Source of the DNA: Candidatus Stammera capleta
GTDB lineage: Bacteria > Pseudomonadota > Gammaproteobacteria > Enterobacterales > Enterobacteriaceae
Length of the DNA stretch: 64,000 bases
Reading direction: 5' to 3'
NCBI GenBank assembly: GCA_036689265.1
Contig: CP144777.1
Coordinates: 22,196 to 86,195, forward strand
Notes under the pieces: generated by a model
What the model saw: the letters and a program-made list of their open reading frames with translations, nothing else
Told to the model about the DNA's origin: nothing
The model's database searches: none
Position numbers and translations under genes: made by a program
Part shown: positions 1-13,731 of the stretch, piece by piece
How positions within the stretch are numbered: position 1 is the stretch's first letter
How the letters are laid out: every line of letters begins with the position of its first letter

Positions 1-1
1 T

Positions 2-334
2 TTATGTGCCATTTTTTTTTTCCTTTTTTTTAATTGATAATATTTGTATTTGAGTTAATTTTTGTCTGTGTCCTTGTGTTTTTGTATAATTTTTTCTTTT
101 TTTGAATTTTATTATTTTTATTTTTTTATCTTTTATATGTGATATTATTTTTGCTTTTATTGTAAATAAATTTAGTGTTTTTTTTTTGTAAAAGATGTTT
201 TTTTTATTGAATAAAACAATTATTTTTTTTAGTTTTATTTTTTGTCCTATTGGTTTATTTATTTTTTCTAGTAATATTTTTTTTCCTGTTTTTATTTTGT
301 ATTGTTTTCCACCGTTTATAATAATTGCATACAT
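2..334 (-). CDS. rplU: 50S ribosomal protein L21
   Basis: 110-aa ORF. MYAIIINGGKQYKIKTGKKILLEKI matches the L21 N-terminal signature (E. coli [25 protein letters not shown]). TAA stop at 2-4, so the gene is complete in the window. Confidence 0.9.
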   Translation of the reverse strand: MYAIIINGGKQYKIKTGKKILLEKINKPIGQKIKLKKIIVLFNKKNIFYKKKTLNLFTIKAKIISHIKDKKIKIIKFKKRKNYTKTQGHRQKLTQIQILSIKKKEKKNGT

Positions 335-708
335 ATTTTATCCTTTTTATAGTTAAATATTTTTTTAGATGTTAATTTAATATAAAATATTTATATATTA
401 TTATTTAAGTATTTTTATAAAAAATATTTTTATAATTTATGTTTAATGTTAAAAATAAATATTTTTATTTTTAAAGGATTTTAAATGTTAATATTTTTTG
501 TCAGTAAATATAAATAATAATAATGTTTTTATTATTTAAATTTTTATTTATATTTGAAATTATTGTAAAATTTATTTATTTTAATTATATTAGTTAATAT
601 AATTAATATTAATTTAAAGGTATTTAATGTATAAGTCAATTATATTTTGTAAATAGAATAAAATTGAAGATATTTTTGTTTTTTTTATATTTATATAGGT
701 AAAAAAAT

Positions 709-1758
709 ATGATATTAAGGAAATTTTTTGGTATTTTTTCTAATGATTTATCTATTGATTTAGGAACTGCTAATACTTTAATTTATGTTAAAGATAAAGG
801 TATTGTATTAAATGAACCTTCTGTTGTTGCTGTCAGGCAGGACAAGATAGGTTTTTCTGAAAGTGTTGTAGCTGTTGGTCATAATGCCAAGCAAATGTTG
901 GGTAGGACTCCTGGAAATATAGTTACAATTAGACCTATGAAAAATGGAGTTATAGATGATTTTTTTATTACTGAAAAAATGTTGCAATATTTCATTAAAA
1001 TTATTCATAAGGAAAGTTTTTTTTTTAAACCTAGTCCTAGAGTTTTAGTTTGTGTTCCTGTAGGTGCAGTTCAGGTTGAAAGAAGAGCTATAAAAGAGTC
1101 TATTTTTGGTGCTGGAGCTAGAGAGGTTTTTTTGATTGAAGAACCTATAGCTGCTGCTATAGGTGCAGGTTTACCTATATCTGAAGCGACTGGTTCAATG
1201 GTTATAGATATTGGTGGTGGTACTACTGAAGTTGCAGTTATTTCTTTGAATGGTGTTGTATATTCTTCTTCTATTAAAATTGGTGGTGATAAGTTTAATA
1301 AATCTATAATTAGTTATGTTAAGAGAAATTATGGATCTTTAATTGGAGAAGTTACAGCGGAAAGAATTAAGCATGAAATAGGTTCTGCTTATCCTAGTCC
1401 TTTTGTTTCTGAAATAGAAGTTAGAGGTAGAAATATATTTGAAGGAATACCTAGAAGTTTTGTTTTGAATTCTAATGAAATTTTAGAATCTATACAAGAA
1501 CCTTTGAATGGAATTGTTGGTTCTATTATGTTAGCATTAGAGAAATGTCCTCCTGAATTATCTTCAGATATTTCTGAGAGAGGTATGATTTTGACTGGTG
1601 GTGGTTCTTTGTTAAAAAATCTAGATAGATTGTTAACAGAAGAAACTAATATGCCTGTAATTATAGCTGATGATCCTTTGACTTGTGTTGTTAGAGGTGG
1701 TGGAAAAGCATTGGAAATGATTAATGTTCATTGTGGTGAGTTGTTTAGTGAAGAATAA
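709..1758 (+). CDS. mreB: rod-shape-determining actin homologue MreB
   Basis: 349-aa ORF colinear with E. coli MreB over its full length ([56 protein letters not shown], ends GELFSEE). Confidence 0.97.
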   Translation: MILRKFFGIFSNDLSIDLGTANTLIYVKDKGIVLNEPSVVAVRQDKIGFSESVVAVGHNAKQMLGRTPGNIVTIRPMKNGVIDDFFITEKMLQYFIKIIHKESFFFKPSPRVLVCVPVGAVQVERRAIKESIFGAGAREVFLIEEPIAAAIGAGLPISEATGSMVIDIGGGTTEVAVISLNGVVYSSSIKIGGDKFNKSIISYVKRNYGSLIGEVTAERIKHEIGSAYPSPFVSEIEVRGRNIFEGIPRSFVLNSNEILESIQEPLNGIVGSIMLALEKCPPELSSDISERGMILTGGGSLLKNLDRLLTEETNMPVIIADDPLTCVVRGGGKALEMINVHCGELFSEE

Positions 1759-1778
1759 TTTTATTTTTTAATATTTTT

Positions 1779-2579
1779 ATGTTTATTTTTTTTAAAAAAA
1801 AGCGTTTTTTTTGTATTATTTTTTGTGTTTTTATTATTTTTTTTTTTAAAAGTAATTGTTTGATATCTAATATAAAATATTATTTTAGTAATTTTAATGT
1901 TTTTTTTGATAATTCTAAACATAATTTTTATTTTTTAGTGCGAAATAAGATATTTTTTTTTAATTATTTTATTAATAAAATTTATGAAGATAATGTTTAT
2001 TTAAAGAGAAAGAATTATATTCTTAGTGCTAAATTATTATTTTTAAATAAATTAATTTTTCAAAATAATATTTATCGTAAATTTTTATTTTTACCTTTAA
2101 ATAATTTTTTTAATTATTCTTTAGTTAAAGTTATTTCTTTTAGTTTGTTGAACAATGATCATGTTTATATAAATAAAGGTGAAAATGATGGTATTATTTT
2201 AGGTACATTTTTGTTTAATTATGATGGTTTGGTTGGAAATGTAGTGTTAGTAAAAAAAAATGTTAGTAAAATTAAATTGGTTTGTAGTTTAAATAATGTT
2301 TTTTCAGTTAAAATATTAAGAAGTGGTATAAATTCTTTAATTTATGGCAATGGTTGTAATAATAGTATGAAAATTATTGATTTGCCTTTAAATTCTGATA
2401 TTAAATTGGGTGATATTATTGTTACTTATAATAGTGATATTTTTTATCCTTTTGGTTATCCTGTGGCTTTTGTTAACAATATTTATTGGGATAAAGAATG
2501 TTTATGCAAGGTTGTTACTGCAAAACCTTTTGTTAAATTTAGTCATTTAAATTATTTAGCAATATTTAATTTTATTTAG
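1779..2579 (+). CDS. mreC: rod-shape-determining protein MreC (strongly diverged)
   Basis: 266-aa ORF directly after mreB. N-terminal hydrophobic anchor (FFCIIFCVFIIFFF). C-terminal GDIIVTYNSDIFYPFGYPVAFV resembles E. coli MreC GDLLVTSGLGGRFPEGYPVA. Position is syntenic. Confidence 0.75.
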   Translation: MFIFFKKKRFFCIIFCVFIIFFFKSNCLISNIKYYFSNFNVFFDNSKHNFYFLVRNKIFFFNYFINKIYEDNVYLKRKNYILSAKLLFLNKLIFQNNIYRKFLFLPLNNFFNYSLVKVISFSLLNNDHVYINKGENDGIILGTFLFNYDGLVGNVVLVKKNVSKIKLVCSLNNVFSVKILRSGINSLIYGNGCNNSMKIIDLPLNSDIKLGDIIVTYNSDIFYPFGYPVAFVNNIYWDKECLCKVVTAKPFVKFSHLNYLAIFNFI

Positions 2580-2646
2580 TTTTTTTAGTAAATTAAAATT
2601 TATTTTTAAAATTTTATTAAATATTTAGTTTATATAAGGATAAATT

Positions 2647-4119
2647 GTGAATTTTGATATTGTTTATGAAGGTATTTTAAAAAAAAATAAAATAACGAAA
2701 AATTTTTTATTTAATGTTTTGGAGGATTTAAAAAAAAAAGGGGTTTCTTATGGTGATATTTATTTTCAGGATTATAATAGTGAAATTTTATCTTTAGAAA
2801 ATAAAATTATTAAATTTAATTTATTTAATGTTATTAAAGGAATAAGTATAAGAGCTATATTTTTTGATAGAACTATATTTGCTTGTTCTAGTGAAATTAG
2901 TGAAAATTCTATATTAAATTTAATATATAAAATTAATGGTAATTTATCATGTGTTAAAAATATTAATAATTTGAGAATTTTAGTTAATGATAATAATTTA
3001 GTTAAAATTAATAATTTTTATGAATCTATAATTCCTATTGGAAACTTGTATATTGATAAAAGAGTTGATTTATTGTTTTATTTAGATAATTATATTAGAA
3101 AAATTGATAATTGTATTAATTATGTTTCTGTAGAATTATGTAATAGTTATGAAATTATTTTAGTTGTTTCTACAGATGGTGTTTTTATTGGAGATATAAG
3201 ACCTTTGGTTAAATTGTTGATAAAGGTTCAAGTAGAAAAGAATGGATATAGTGAATTTGGTTATAGTGGTGGTGGAGGTCGTTATTCGTTTGATGATTTA
3301 TTAAATAAAAAAGTGTTAAATGATAAAAATTGTTCTATATTTGAGTATTGGGCTAGTGAGGCTGTTAGAATAGCAATAAATAATTTAGTTGCTGTTAATC
3401 CTCCTTTTGGGAAAATGCCTGTTATTTTAGGTTCTGGTTCTCCAGGTATATTGTTTCATGAAGCTGTTGGTCATGGTTTAGAGGGTGATTTTAATAGAAA
3501 AGGTGTTTCTTGTTTTAAAAATAAAATTGGTTGTAAAATTGCTTCTAGTTTATGTACTATTATTGATGATGGTTCAATTAAAGGTAGTAGAGGAACTTTA
3601 AATATTGATGATGAAGGTGTTTTTTCAAGGAGAAATATTTTAATTAAAAATGGTATATTAAAATCTTATATGTTAGATAAATTGAATGCTAATTTAATGA
3701 ATTTAGTTTCTACTGGAAATTCTAGAAGAGAATCTTATTTGTTTTTACCTGTTCCTAGAATGACTAATACTTATTTGAAGGGAGGAAAAAGTACTTTAAA
3801 TGATATGATTAGTAGTGTTGATTATGGTTTATATGTTGTTTCTTTAGGTAGTGGTCAAGTTGATATTACTTCTGGAAAATTTGTTTTTACAATTTTGGAA
3901 GCTTATATGATAAAGAATGGAAAAGTTAAATGTTCAGTTAAAGGTATTACTTTGATAGGTTCTGGTATTGAAGTAATGAACAAAATTAGTATGGTTGGAA
4001 ATGATTTAAAATTTGATAGTGGTTTAGGAACATGTTGTAAGGATGGTCAAAATGTTCCTGTTAGTGTTGGTCAGCCTAGTATAAAAATAGAATCTATGGT
4101 TATTGGTTGTTTAAATTGA
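2647..4119 (+). CDS. tldD: metalloprotease TldD
   Basis: 490-aa ORF with a GTG start. Zinc-protease motif HEAVGHGLEGDFNRKG and a conserved C-terminal block (GQVDITSGKFVF, GQPSIKIESMVIG) typical of TldD. Lies downstream of mre genes as in E. coli, where the order is mre, maf, rng, yhdP, tldD. Confidence 0.9.
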   Translation: MNFDIVYEGILKKNKITKNFLFNVLEDLKKKGVSYGDIYFQDYNSEILSLENKIIKFNLFNVIKGISIRAIFFDRTIFACSSEISENSILNLIYKINGNLSCVKNINNLRILVNDNNLVKINNFYESIIPIGNLYIDKRVDLLFYLDNYIRKIDNCINYVSVELCNSYEIILVVSTDGVFIGDIRPLVKLLIKVQVEKNGYSEFGYSGGGGRYSFDDLLNKKVLNDKNCSIFEYWASEAVRIAINNLVAVNPPFGKMPVILGSGSPGILFHEAVGHGLEGDFNRKGVSCFKNKIGCKIASSLCTIIDDGSIKGSRGTLNIDDEGVFSRRNILIKNGILKSYMLDKLNANLMNLVSTGNSRRESYLFLPVPRMTNTYLKGGKSTLNDMISSVDYGLYVVSLGSGQVDITSGKFVFTILEAYMIKNGKVKCSVKGITLIGSGIEVMNKISMVGNDLKFDSGLGTCCKDGQNVPVSVGQPSIKIESMVIGCLN

Positions 4120-4155
4120 TTTTTTTTTAATTATTTTAATAATAAGGTATTTGTT

Positions 4156-4566
4156 ATGAAAAGGAATTATATTCCTGTTTGGTATTTGTTTAATGCAAAG
4201 AATAAAATTTTGGGTAGATTATCTACTAAAATAGTTTTTTATTTGAGTGGAAAAAATAAATTTGAGTATTTTCCTTATTTAAATATAGGGGATTATGTTA
4301 TAGTTATTAATTCTAGTAAAATTTTGGTTACTGGAAATAAATTTAAAAAAAAAATATATTACTATCATAGTGGTTATGTTGGTGGTTTAAAATCTTTTAA
4401 TTTTAAGGATATGTTAATTAGAGATTCTAGACGTATTATTAGACAGTCAGTTAAAGGCATGTTGCCTAAAAATCGTTTAAGACATTTTATGTTAAGAAGA
4501 TTAAAAATTTTTTCTGATAATTATCATGTACATAATGTTCAAAAACCAATTTTAGTTGATATTTAG
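4156..4566 (+). CDS. rplM: 50S ribosomal protein L13
   Basis: 136-aa [31 protein letters not shown] and KGMLPKN are L13 hallmarks. Followed by rpsI as in the conserved rplM-rpsI operon. Confidence 0.95.
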   Translation: MKRNYIPVWYLFNAKNKILGRLSTKIVFYLSGKNKFEYFPYLNIGDYVIVINSSKILVTGNKFKKKIYYYHSGYVGGLKSFNFKDMLIRDSRRIIRQSVKGMLPKNRLRHFMLRRLKIFSDNYHVHNVQKPILVDI

Positions 4567-4576
4567 TTTGTTTAAA

Positions 4577-4972
4577 ATGAAAAAATATATATATAGTACC
4601 GGAAGAAGAAAAACTTCTTCAGCTAGGGTTTTTATTAGTTCTGGAAAAGGAAAAATTATTATAAATAAGATATTTTTTAAAAAATATTTTTTATTTAAAA
4701 TAAATAGATTGATTGTGTTAAAACCATTTAAAATAATAGGTGATGTTTATTTAGAAAGTTTTGATATTTATATTACTGTTAAGGGTGGAGGTATTTGCAG
4801 TCAATCGTCTGCTATATGTCATGGCATTAGTAAAGCTTTAGTTAAATATGATTATAGTTTTTGTCCTGTTTTAAGATCCAGTGGTTTGATAACTCGTGAT
4901 TCTAGGGAAGTAGAAAGAAAGAAATATGGTTTTAAAAAATCTCGTCGTAAACCTCAATTTTCTAAAAGATAA
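4577..4972 (+). CDS. rpsI: 30S ribosomal protein S9
   Basis: The ORF track opens at TTG 4556, but ATG 4577 gives [20 protein letters not shown], the canonical S9 N-terminus. The C-terminus [10 protein letters not shown] is the S9 signature. Confidence 0.93.
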   Translation: MKKYIYSTGRRKTSSARVFISSGKGKIIINKIFFKKYFLFKINRLIVLKPFKIIGDVYLESFDIYITVKGGGICSQSSAICHGISKALVKYDYSFCPVLRSSGLITRDSREVERKKYGFKKSRRKPQFSKR

Positions 4973-5008
4973 TTAAAAAATTATTTGATTTTTAAAGTTA
5001 AATAGTTT

Positions 5009-7600
5009 ATGAAATTTAATAAGTTTACCCCAATTATAAAACAATATTTAAATATTAAAAGTAAATATTTAGATGTGTTATTATTTTATCAAATAGGTGA
5101 TTTTTATGAACTTTTTTATGATGATGCTAAAAAAATATCCTCTTTATTAAATTTAACATTAACAAAGAAAAATTTTGTTAATCATGAAAATGTTCCTATG
5201 GCAGGTATACCAGTTAGTTCATCAAGTAGTTATATTTCTAAATTAATTAAATTAGGTGAATCTATAGTAATATGTAATCAGGTTGGTGATTATGAAAGAG
5301 ATGGTAAATTTAAAAGCAAATTGATAGAAAGAAAAGTTGTACGTATAATTACTCCAGGTACTATAAGTGAAGATATTTATTTAAATGAAAAAAAAGATAA
5401 TATTATTGCTGCTGTATGGTCTAAAAATAAATTAGATAATTTTGGTTATTCTATTTTAGATATTTCATCTGGCAGATTTTGTGTTTATGAATTAGATGAT
5501 TTGTATAAATTAAAATCTGAATTATTACGTACAAATCCTGTTGAGTTACTTTATCCTGATAATTTTTTTAGGTTTAAAATTATTAAAGAATTTGGTTGTT
5601 TAAAATCTTTTTCTGAATGTGAATTTGGATTTAAAAGAACTTATAATATTTTATTAGATCATTTTAATGTTGTAGATCTTTGTTGTTTTGGTATTAATGC
5701 AAATCATTTAGGAATTAGGCCTGCTGGTTTTATGTTGGATTATGTTAAATATACACAATCTATTAATTTGTCACATATAAATAAAATAGAATTGGGTAAT
5801 TTAGGTAGAAATATATTTATGGATTTTTCTACTATTAAGAATTTAGAGATTGTTGATTCTTTATATGGTATAGAGAAGAATACTTTGTTTTATGTTTTGA
5901 ATAGCACTCTTACACCAATGGGTTATAGAATGTTAAAAAGATGGATATTATCTCCAGTTAATGATGTTTCTGAAATAAATCGTCGTCATAATATAATGGA
6001 TATTATTAAATCTGATGTTTATTATATTAGAGATATAATTTGTGGAATAGGTGATTTGGAAAGAATATTGGGAAGAATAGTTTTAAAAAATATAAAAGTT
6101 AAAGATTTATTAAATTTTAAAAAATATTTATTATTGGTATTAAAGCTGTCTTTATATTTGAAGAAAAAATCTAGAGTATATATTTTTGATTATATAATTT
6201 CTAATATTAGTGTTTTTGATTATTTAATTGATTTAATAGATAAATCTATAAAACCTGATGTTGATAGCTTTGATTTTGGTGATTTTAATAAAATAATATT
6301 AGATGGATATAACAGTGAATTAGATGGTTTGCGTTTTTTGTTTAAAGAGAATAAGAATTTTTTAAATTTAATAGAGAAAAATGAAAAGAAAAATACTAAT
6401 ATAAAAAGTTTATGTTTAAAATATAGTAAAATACATGGTTATTTTTTTCAGTTGAAAAAATCTGATGTTAAATTGTTACCTGATTATTATATATTTTATC
6501 AAAGTTTAAAAAGTTGTGTTAGGTATATTATTCCTGAATTAAGTAAGTGTGAAAATAAATTAATTAATATTAAAAAAAAATTAATTATTTTAGAAAAAAA
6601 GTTATTAAATAATATATTAGATATTATTATATTGAATGTGGATGTATTAAAAAATGTTTTTGATTATGTATCTCAGTTGGATATTTTAGTTGGTTTTGTT
6701 TATAAATCTATTAATTGTAATTATGTTAAGCCTATTTTTGTAAATAATTCTGTAATAAATATGATTAATGGTCGTCATCCAGTATTAGAAGTTAATTTAG
6801 ATTTTGATTTTGTTGCTAATAATTTAATTTTTGATGATAATATTAGGTTGTTGCTTATAACTGGTCCTAATATGGCAGGAAAAAGTACTTATATGAGGCA
6901 AGTTGCGTTGATATGTATTATGTCTTATATAGGATGTTATGTTCCTGCGGATGATTTTATTGTTGGCCCTATTGATAAGATATTGACTAGAATAGGTTTT
7001 TCTGATGATATAGTTTCTGGTAAATCTACTTTTATGATGGAGATGAATGATGTATCTAATATAATTAATAATTCCACTAGTAATAGTTTGGTTTTAATTG
7101 ATGAAATGGGAAGAGGAACATCTGTCAATGAAGGTATATCTTTAGCATGGGCTTGTTTAGAGTATATAATTATTTATATTAAGTCAATGACTTTATTTTC
7201 TACTCATTATTTAGAATTAACAAAAATGGAAAAAATTTTTGTTGGAATAAAAAATGTTTATTTTGATTTTTTATATAGAGAAAAATGTTTAATTTTATTG
7301 TATAAGTTAAAATTTGGTGTTTGTTTAAATAGTTATGGGTTTGATGTTGCATGTAAATCAGGAATACCTAAATCTATTGTGAAGAGTTCTTTAAATAAAT
7401 TAAAAGAGTTAAATTCTAATAAATATTTTAATTTTAAAATAGATAAATTTAATAATTTTTGTTTCAATGTAGTTCATAAAAAATTAATTGATAGAATTGA
7501 TAAAATTAAAATTATTAATTTATCTATTTTGAAATTAATTAAAGAATTAGAATTATTAAAGAAAATTATAAGATTAGGTAATATTTTTAGTAAAAAATAA
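5009..7600 (+). CDS. mutS: DNA mismatch repair protein MutS
   Basis: 863-aa ORF. N-terminal TPIIKQYLNIKSKYLDVLLFYQIGDFYELFYDDAKK matches the E. coli MutS mismatch-binding domain. Walker A ITGPNMAGKSTYMRQVALI, then LIDEMGRGTS and STHY are all intact. Confidence 0.95.
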   Translation: MKFNKFTPIIKQYLNIKSKYLDVLLFYQIGDFYELFYDDAKKISSLLNLTLTKKNFVNHENVPMAGIPVSSSSSYISKLIKLGESIVICNQVGDYERDGKFKSKLIERKVVRIITPGTISEDIYLNEKKDNIIAAVWSKNKLDNFGYSILDISSGRFCVYELDDLYKLKSELLRTNPVELLYPDNFFRFKIIKEFGCLKSFSECEFGFKRTYNILLDHFNVVDLCCFGINANHLGIRPAGFMLDYVKYTQSINLSHINKIELGNLGRNIFMDFSTIKNLEIVDSLYGIEKNTLFYVLNSTLTPMGYRMLKRWILSPVNDVSEINRRHNIMDIIKSDVYYIRDIICGIGDLERILGRIVLKNIKVKDLLNFKKYLLLVLKLSLYLKKKSRVYIFDYIISNISVFDYLIDLIDKSIKPDVDSFDFGDFNKIILDGYNSELDGLRFLFKENKNFLNLIEKNEKKNTNIKSLCLKYSKIHGYFFQLKKSDVKLLPDYYIFYQSLKSCVRYIIPELSKCENKLINIKKKLIILEKKLLNNILDIIILNVDVLKNVFDYVSQLDILVGFVYKSINCNYVKPIFVNNSVINMINGRHPVLEVNLDFDFVANNLIFDDNIRLLLITGPNMAGKSTYMRQVALICIMSYIGCYVPADDFIVGPIDKILTRIGFSDDIVSGKSTFMMEMNDVSNIINNSTSNSLVLIDEMGRGTSVNEGISLAWACLEYIIIYIKSMTLFSTHYLELTKMEKIFVGIKNVYFDFLYREKCLILLYKLKFGVCLNSYGFDVACKSGIPKSIVKSSLNKLKELNSNKYFNFKIDKFNNFCFNVVHKKLIDRIDKIKIINLSILKLIKELELLKKIIRLGNIFSKK

Positions 7601-7618
7601 TATGAGGTTCAGTTAATA

Positions 7619-7948
7619 ATGCGTAATTATGAAATAATTTTTTTAATTTATCCTAGTGAAACAATTAATATTGTTAGTATAATTAATTATTATTCTGAAA
7701 TTATTGTTTCTAATAATGGGAAAATACATAGGTTAGAAAATTGGGGTTTAAGATATTTAGCTTATAGTATAAAAAATTTACGTAAAGCTTATTATATATT
7801 AATGAATGTAGAAATTTCTGTTTTTTTAGTTAAGAAATTAGAGAAAAATTTTAATATAAATGATAAAATAGTTAGATTTCTTATTATTAAAAAAACTAAA
7901 CCTGAATTTGGTTTGTCACCTTTTATGTTAAAAAAAAAGGTAATTTAA
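7619..7948 (+). CDS. rpsF: 30S ribosomal protein S6
   Basis: 109-aa ORF. MRNYEIIFLIYPS matches E. coli MRHYEIVFMVHPD. RLENWGLRYLAY matches the S6 core. First gene of the rpsF-rpsR-rplI cluster. Confidence 0.92.
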   Translation: MRNYEIIFLIYPSETINIVSIINYYSEIIVSNNGKIHRLENWGLRYLAYSIKNLRKAYYILMNVEISVFLVKKLEKNFNINDKIVRFLIIKKTKPEFGLSPFMLKKKVI

Positions 7949-8010
7949 TTGATTAAATTAATATTTATTTTGGTTTAAAATATATATTTTATATAATAAA
8001 TGAGGTTTAA

Positions 8011-8235
8011 ATGTCTTTTTTTTATAAAAAAAAAAAAAATTGTTATTTTTCTTCTAGGAATATTGAAGAGATAGATTATAAAGATATTGATTTAATTAAA
8101 AATTATGTAACTGAGTGTAATAAAATTATACCTAGTAGAATTACTGGTGTATCTTCTAAACATCAGAGAAAATTATCTTTAGCTATTAAAAGGGCAAGAT
8201 ATTTAGCTTTAATTCCTTACACTGATTTACATTAA
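8011..8235 (+). CDS. rpsR: 30S ribosomal protein S18
   Basis: 74-aa [31 protein letters not shown] and [14 protein letters not shown] are near-identical to E. coli S18. Contains an in-frame poly(A) run of about 14 nt at codons 6-10. Confidence 0.95.
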   Translation: MSFFYKKKKNCYFSSRNIEEIDYKDIDLIKNYVTECNKIIPSRITGVSSKHQRKLSLAIKRARYLALIPYTDLH

Positions 8236-8258
8236 TAATTTGTTTGTTTTTTGTTTAT

Positions 8259-8723
8259 ATGAAAATAATAATTTTAAAGAAAAGTTTTTTGGGTGAAGAA
8301 GGTAGTATTATTCATGTAAAATCTGGTTATGCAAGAAATTATCTTATACCTTATGGTAAAGCTATATATGCAACTGAATATAATATTTCTAATTTTCATA
8401 AAAAAAAGATATTTATAGATAAGAAAATTAAAATTAAATGTACAGAGTTAAAAAAATTATCAAAAAAAATATTAAGTTTATCACCTTTGATTATAAGATT
8501 TAGGTCTAAAAAAAATGGTAGATTATTTGGTTCTGTTAATGTTATAAATATATGTAAAATTTTTTCTGATAAATTAGGATTTCATGTTTCAAAAAAGTAT
8601 ATTGTTTTATCAAAAAAATCTTTTAAGTATTTAGGTTTTTATAATATAAAAATAATTGTTAATAAAGTTAATATTATTGATTTTAGTTTAAATATATTGC
8701 CGGTAATTAATGATTCTAAATAA
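8259..8723 (+). CDS. rplI: 50S ribosomal protein L9
   Basis: The ORF track opens at TTG 8244. ATG 8259 gives MKIIILKKSFLGEEGSIIHVKSGYARNYLIPYGKA, the canonical L9 N-terminus (E. coli [36 protein letters not shown]). Confidence 0.92.
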   Translation: MKIIILKKSFLGEEGSIIHVKSGYARNYLIPYGKAIYATEYNISNFHKKKIFIDKKIKIKCTELKKLSKKILSLSPLIIRFRSKKNGRLFGSVNVINICKIFSDKLGFHVSKKYIVLSKKSFKYLGFYNIKIIVNKVNIIDFSLNILPVINDSK

Positions 8724-8809
8724 TTATTTAAAAATTATTTTTTTAAAATTGATTTATTATTTTTAATTTTTTTTAAAGTAAAAATAATATTTATTATTTA
8801 TAAGAAAAT

Positions 8810-8837
8810 TTGATTTATTTTTTTTTATTGTTATAAT
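8810..8837 (+). promoter_or_regulatory. candidate sigma70-type rrn promoter (TTGATT-N16-TATAAT)
   Basis: ttgatt at 8810-8815 and a perfect tataat at 8832-8837 with a 16-nt spacer, about 40 nt upstream of the boxA-like element. In a genome this AT-rich such matches occur by chance, so the call rests on position only. Confidence 0.3.
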
Positions 8838-8874
8838 TATAAATTGTAGTATATTTTTTGTTATTTTTTTTGTT

Positions 8875-8887
8875 TGTTCTTTAAAAA
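8875..8887 (+). promoter_or_regulatory. boxA-like antitermination element in the rrn leader
   Basis: tgttctttaaaaa matches E. coli rrn boxA TGCTCTTTAACAA at 11 of 13 positions. It sits 8 nt upstream of the 5' arm of the 16S processing stem, the same relative position as in E. coli rrn leaders. Confidence 0.5.
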
Positions 8888-8894
8888 TTATATT

Positions 8895-8911
8895 TATGTG
8901 AATGCTTACAG
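8895..8911 (+). promoter_or_regulatory. 5' arm of the 16S rRNA processing (RNase III-type) stem
   Basis: tatgtgaat-g-cttacag is complementary to ctgtaag-tt-attcacata at 10584-10601 (9 bp plus 7 bp around a small internal loop). The two arms bracket the whole 16S gene. Confidence 0.75.
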
Positions 8912-8999
8912 TTATTTTATATCTATTAAGAATTTAGAATTTTTTTTAGATTCTGAATGTTTTGTAATTATTTTATTTTTATAAAATAATTTATAGTTT

Positions 9000-10566
<1,567 letters not shown>

Positions 10567-10583
10567 ATTTTAAGATATATGTT

Positions 10584-10601
10584 CTGTAAGTTATTCACAT
10601 A
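10584..10601 (+). promoter_or_regulatory. 3' arm of the 16S rRNA processing stem
   Basis: Reverse complement of the 8895-8911 arm (see that feature). Begins 18 nt after the 16S 3' end. Confidence 0.75.
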
Positions 10602-10645
10602 ATTTGTTAAAATTTTAATTTGATTGTTTAGTTAGTATATAATTA

Positions 10646-10718
10646 GTCCTTTTCGTCTAGTGGTCTAGGACATCGCTCTTTCACGGCGGCAACAGGGGTT
10701 CGAATCCCCTAGGGGATG
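10646..10718 (+). tRNA. gltT: tRNA-Glu (anticodon UUC), 16S-23S spacer tRNA
   Basis: gtccttttcgtctagtggtctaggacatcgctctttcacggcggcaacaggggttcgaatcccctaggggatg aligns along its length with E. coli tRNA-Glu. Anticodon loop is ctttcac. No CCA is encoded. Confidence 0.93.
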
Positions 10719-10736
10719 TTATTAGTTTTTAAACAT

Positions 10737-10750
10737 AGATCTTTGAAAAT
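10737..10750 (+). promoter_or_regulatory. boxA-like element in the 16S-23S spacer
   Basis: agatctttgaaaat shares the tctttNaaaa core with the leader boxA-like element and resembles the E. coli spacer boxA (tgctctttaacaattt). It lies 4 nt upstream of the 23S processing-stem arm. Confidence 0.4.
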
Positions 10751-10754
10751 TTGG

Positions 10755-10774
10755 AAACATTTTTATTGTTGTGA
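10755..10774 (+). promoter_or_regulatory. 5' arm of the 23S rRNA processing stem
   Basis: aaacatttttattgttgtga pairs with tcacaacactaaaaatgttt at 13701-13720 (11 bp plus 8 bp with a single mismatch). The arms bracket the 23S gene exactly. Confidence 0.8.
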
Positions 10775-13700
<2,926 letters not shown>

Positions 13701-13701
<1 letters not shown>

Positions 13702-13720
13702 CACAACACTAAAAATGTTT
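13701..13720 (+). promoter_or_regulatory. 3' arm of the 23S rRNA processing stem
   Basis: Reverse complement of 10755-10774 with one mismatch. Begins at the 23S 3' end. Confidence 0.8.
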
Positions 13721-13731
13721 TATTTATTGAT

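Noticed and set aside
335-708. Large AT-rich intergenic spacers (335-708, 8724-8999, 22277-22568, 51572-51722, 55289-55536, 59146-59407), checked for hidden small genes, sRNAs such as ssrA, rnpB or ffs, or pseudogene remnants.
   Set aside because: They contain only very short ORFs interrupted by stops. There are no GC-enriched segments of the kind structured RNAs show elsewhere in this window, and no recognisable protein fragments in any frame. They are most likely divergent promoter regions.
808-1008. Antisense or alternative-frame ORFs inside plus-strand genes. They are 808..1008, 6937..7128, 25741..25926, 28801..29019, 39455..39676, 41568..41759, 55773..56042, 61542..61736 and 61733..61969.
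   Set aside because: Each is fully nested within a strongly conserved gene (mreB, mutS, tuf, rplB, rpoA, alr, the DedA-family gene, dnaJ). None shows recognisable similarity or a translation signal.
4556-4576. TTG- or GTG-initiated N-terminal extensions proposed by the ORF track for rpsI (4556), rplI (8244), rpsS (29645), rplN (31944), rplX (32330), rpsN (33146), rplR (34499), secY (36084), alr (40893) and dnaJ (61364).
   Set aside because: In every case a downstream ATG reproduces the canonical N-terminus of the protein family. The extension overlaps the preceding gene or adds non-homologous residues.
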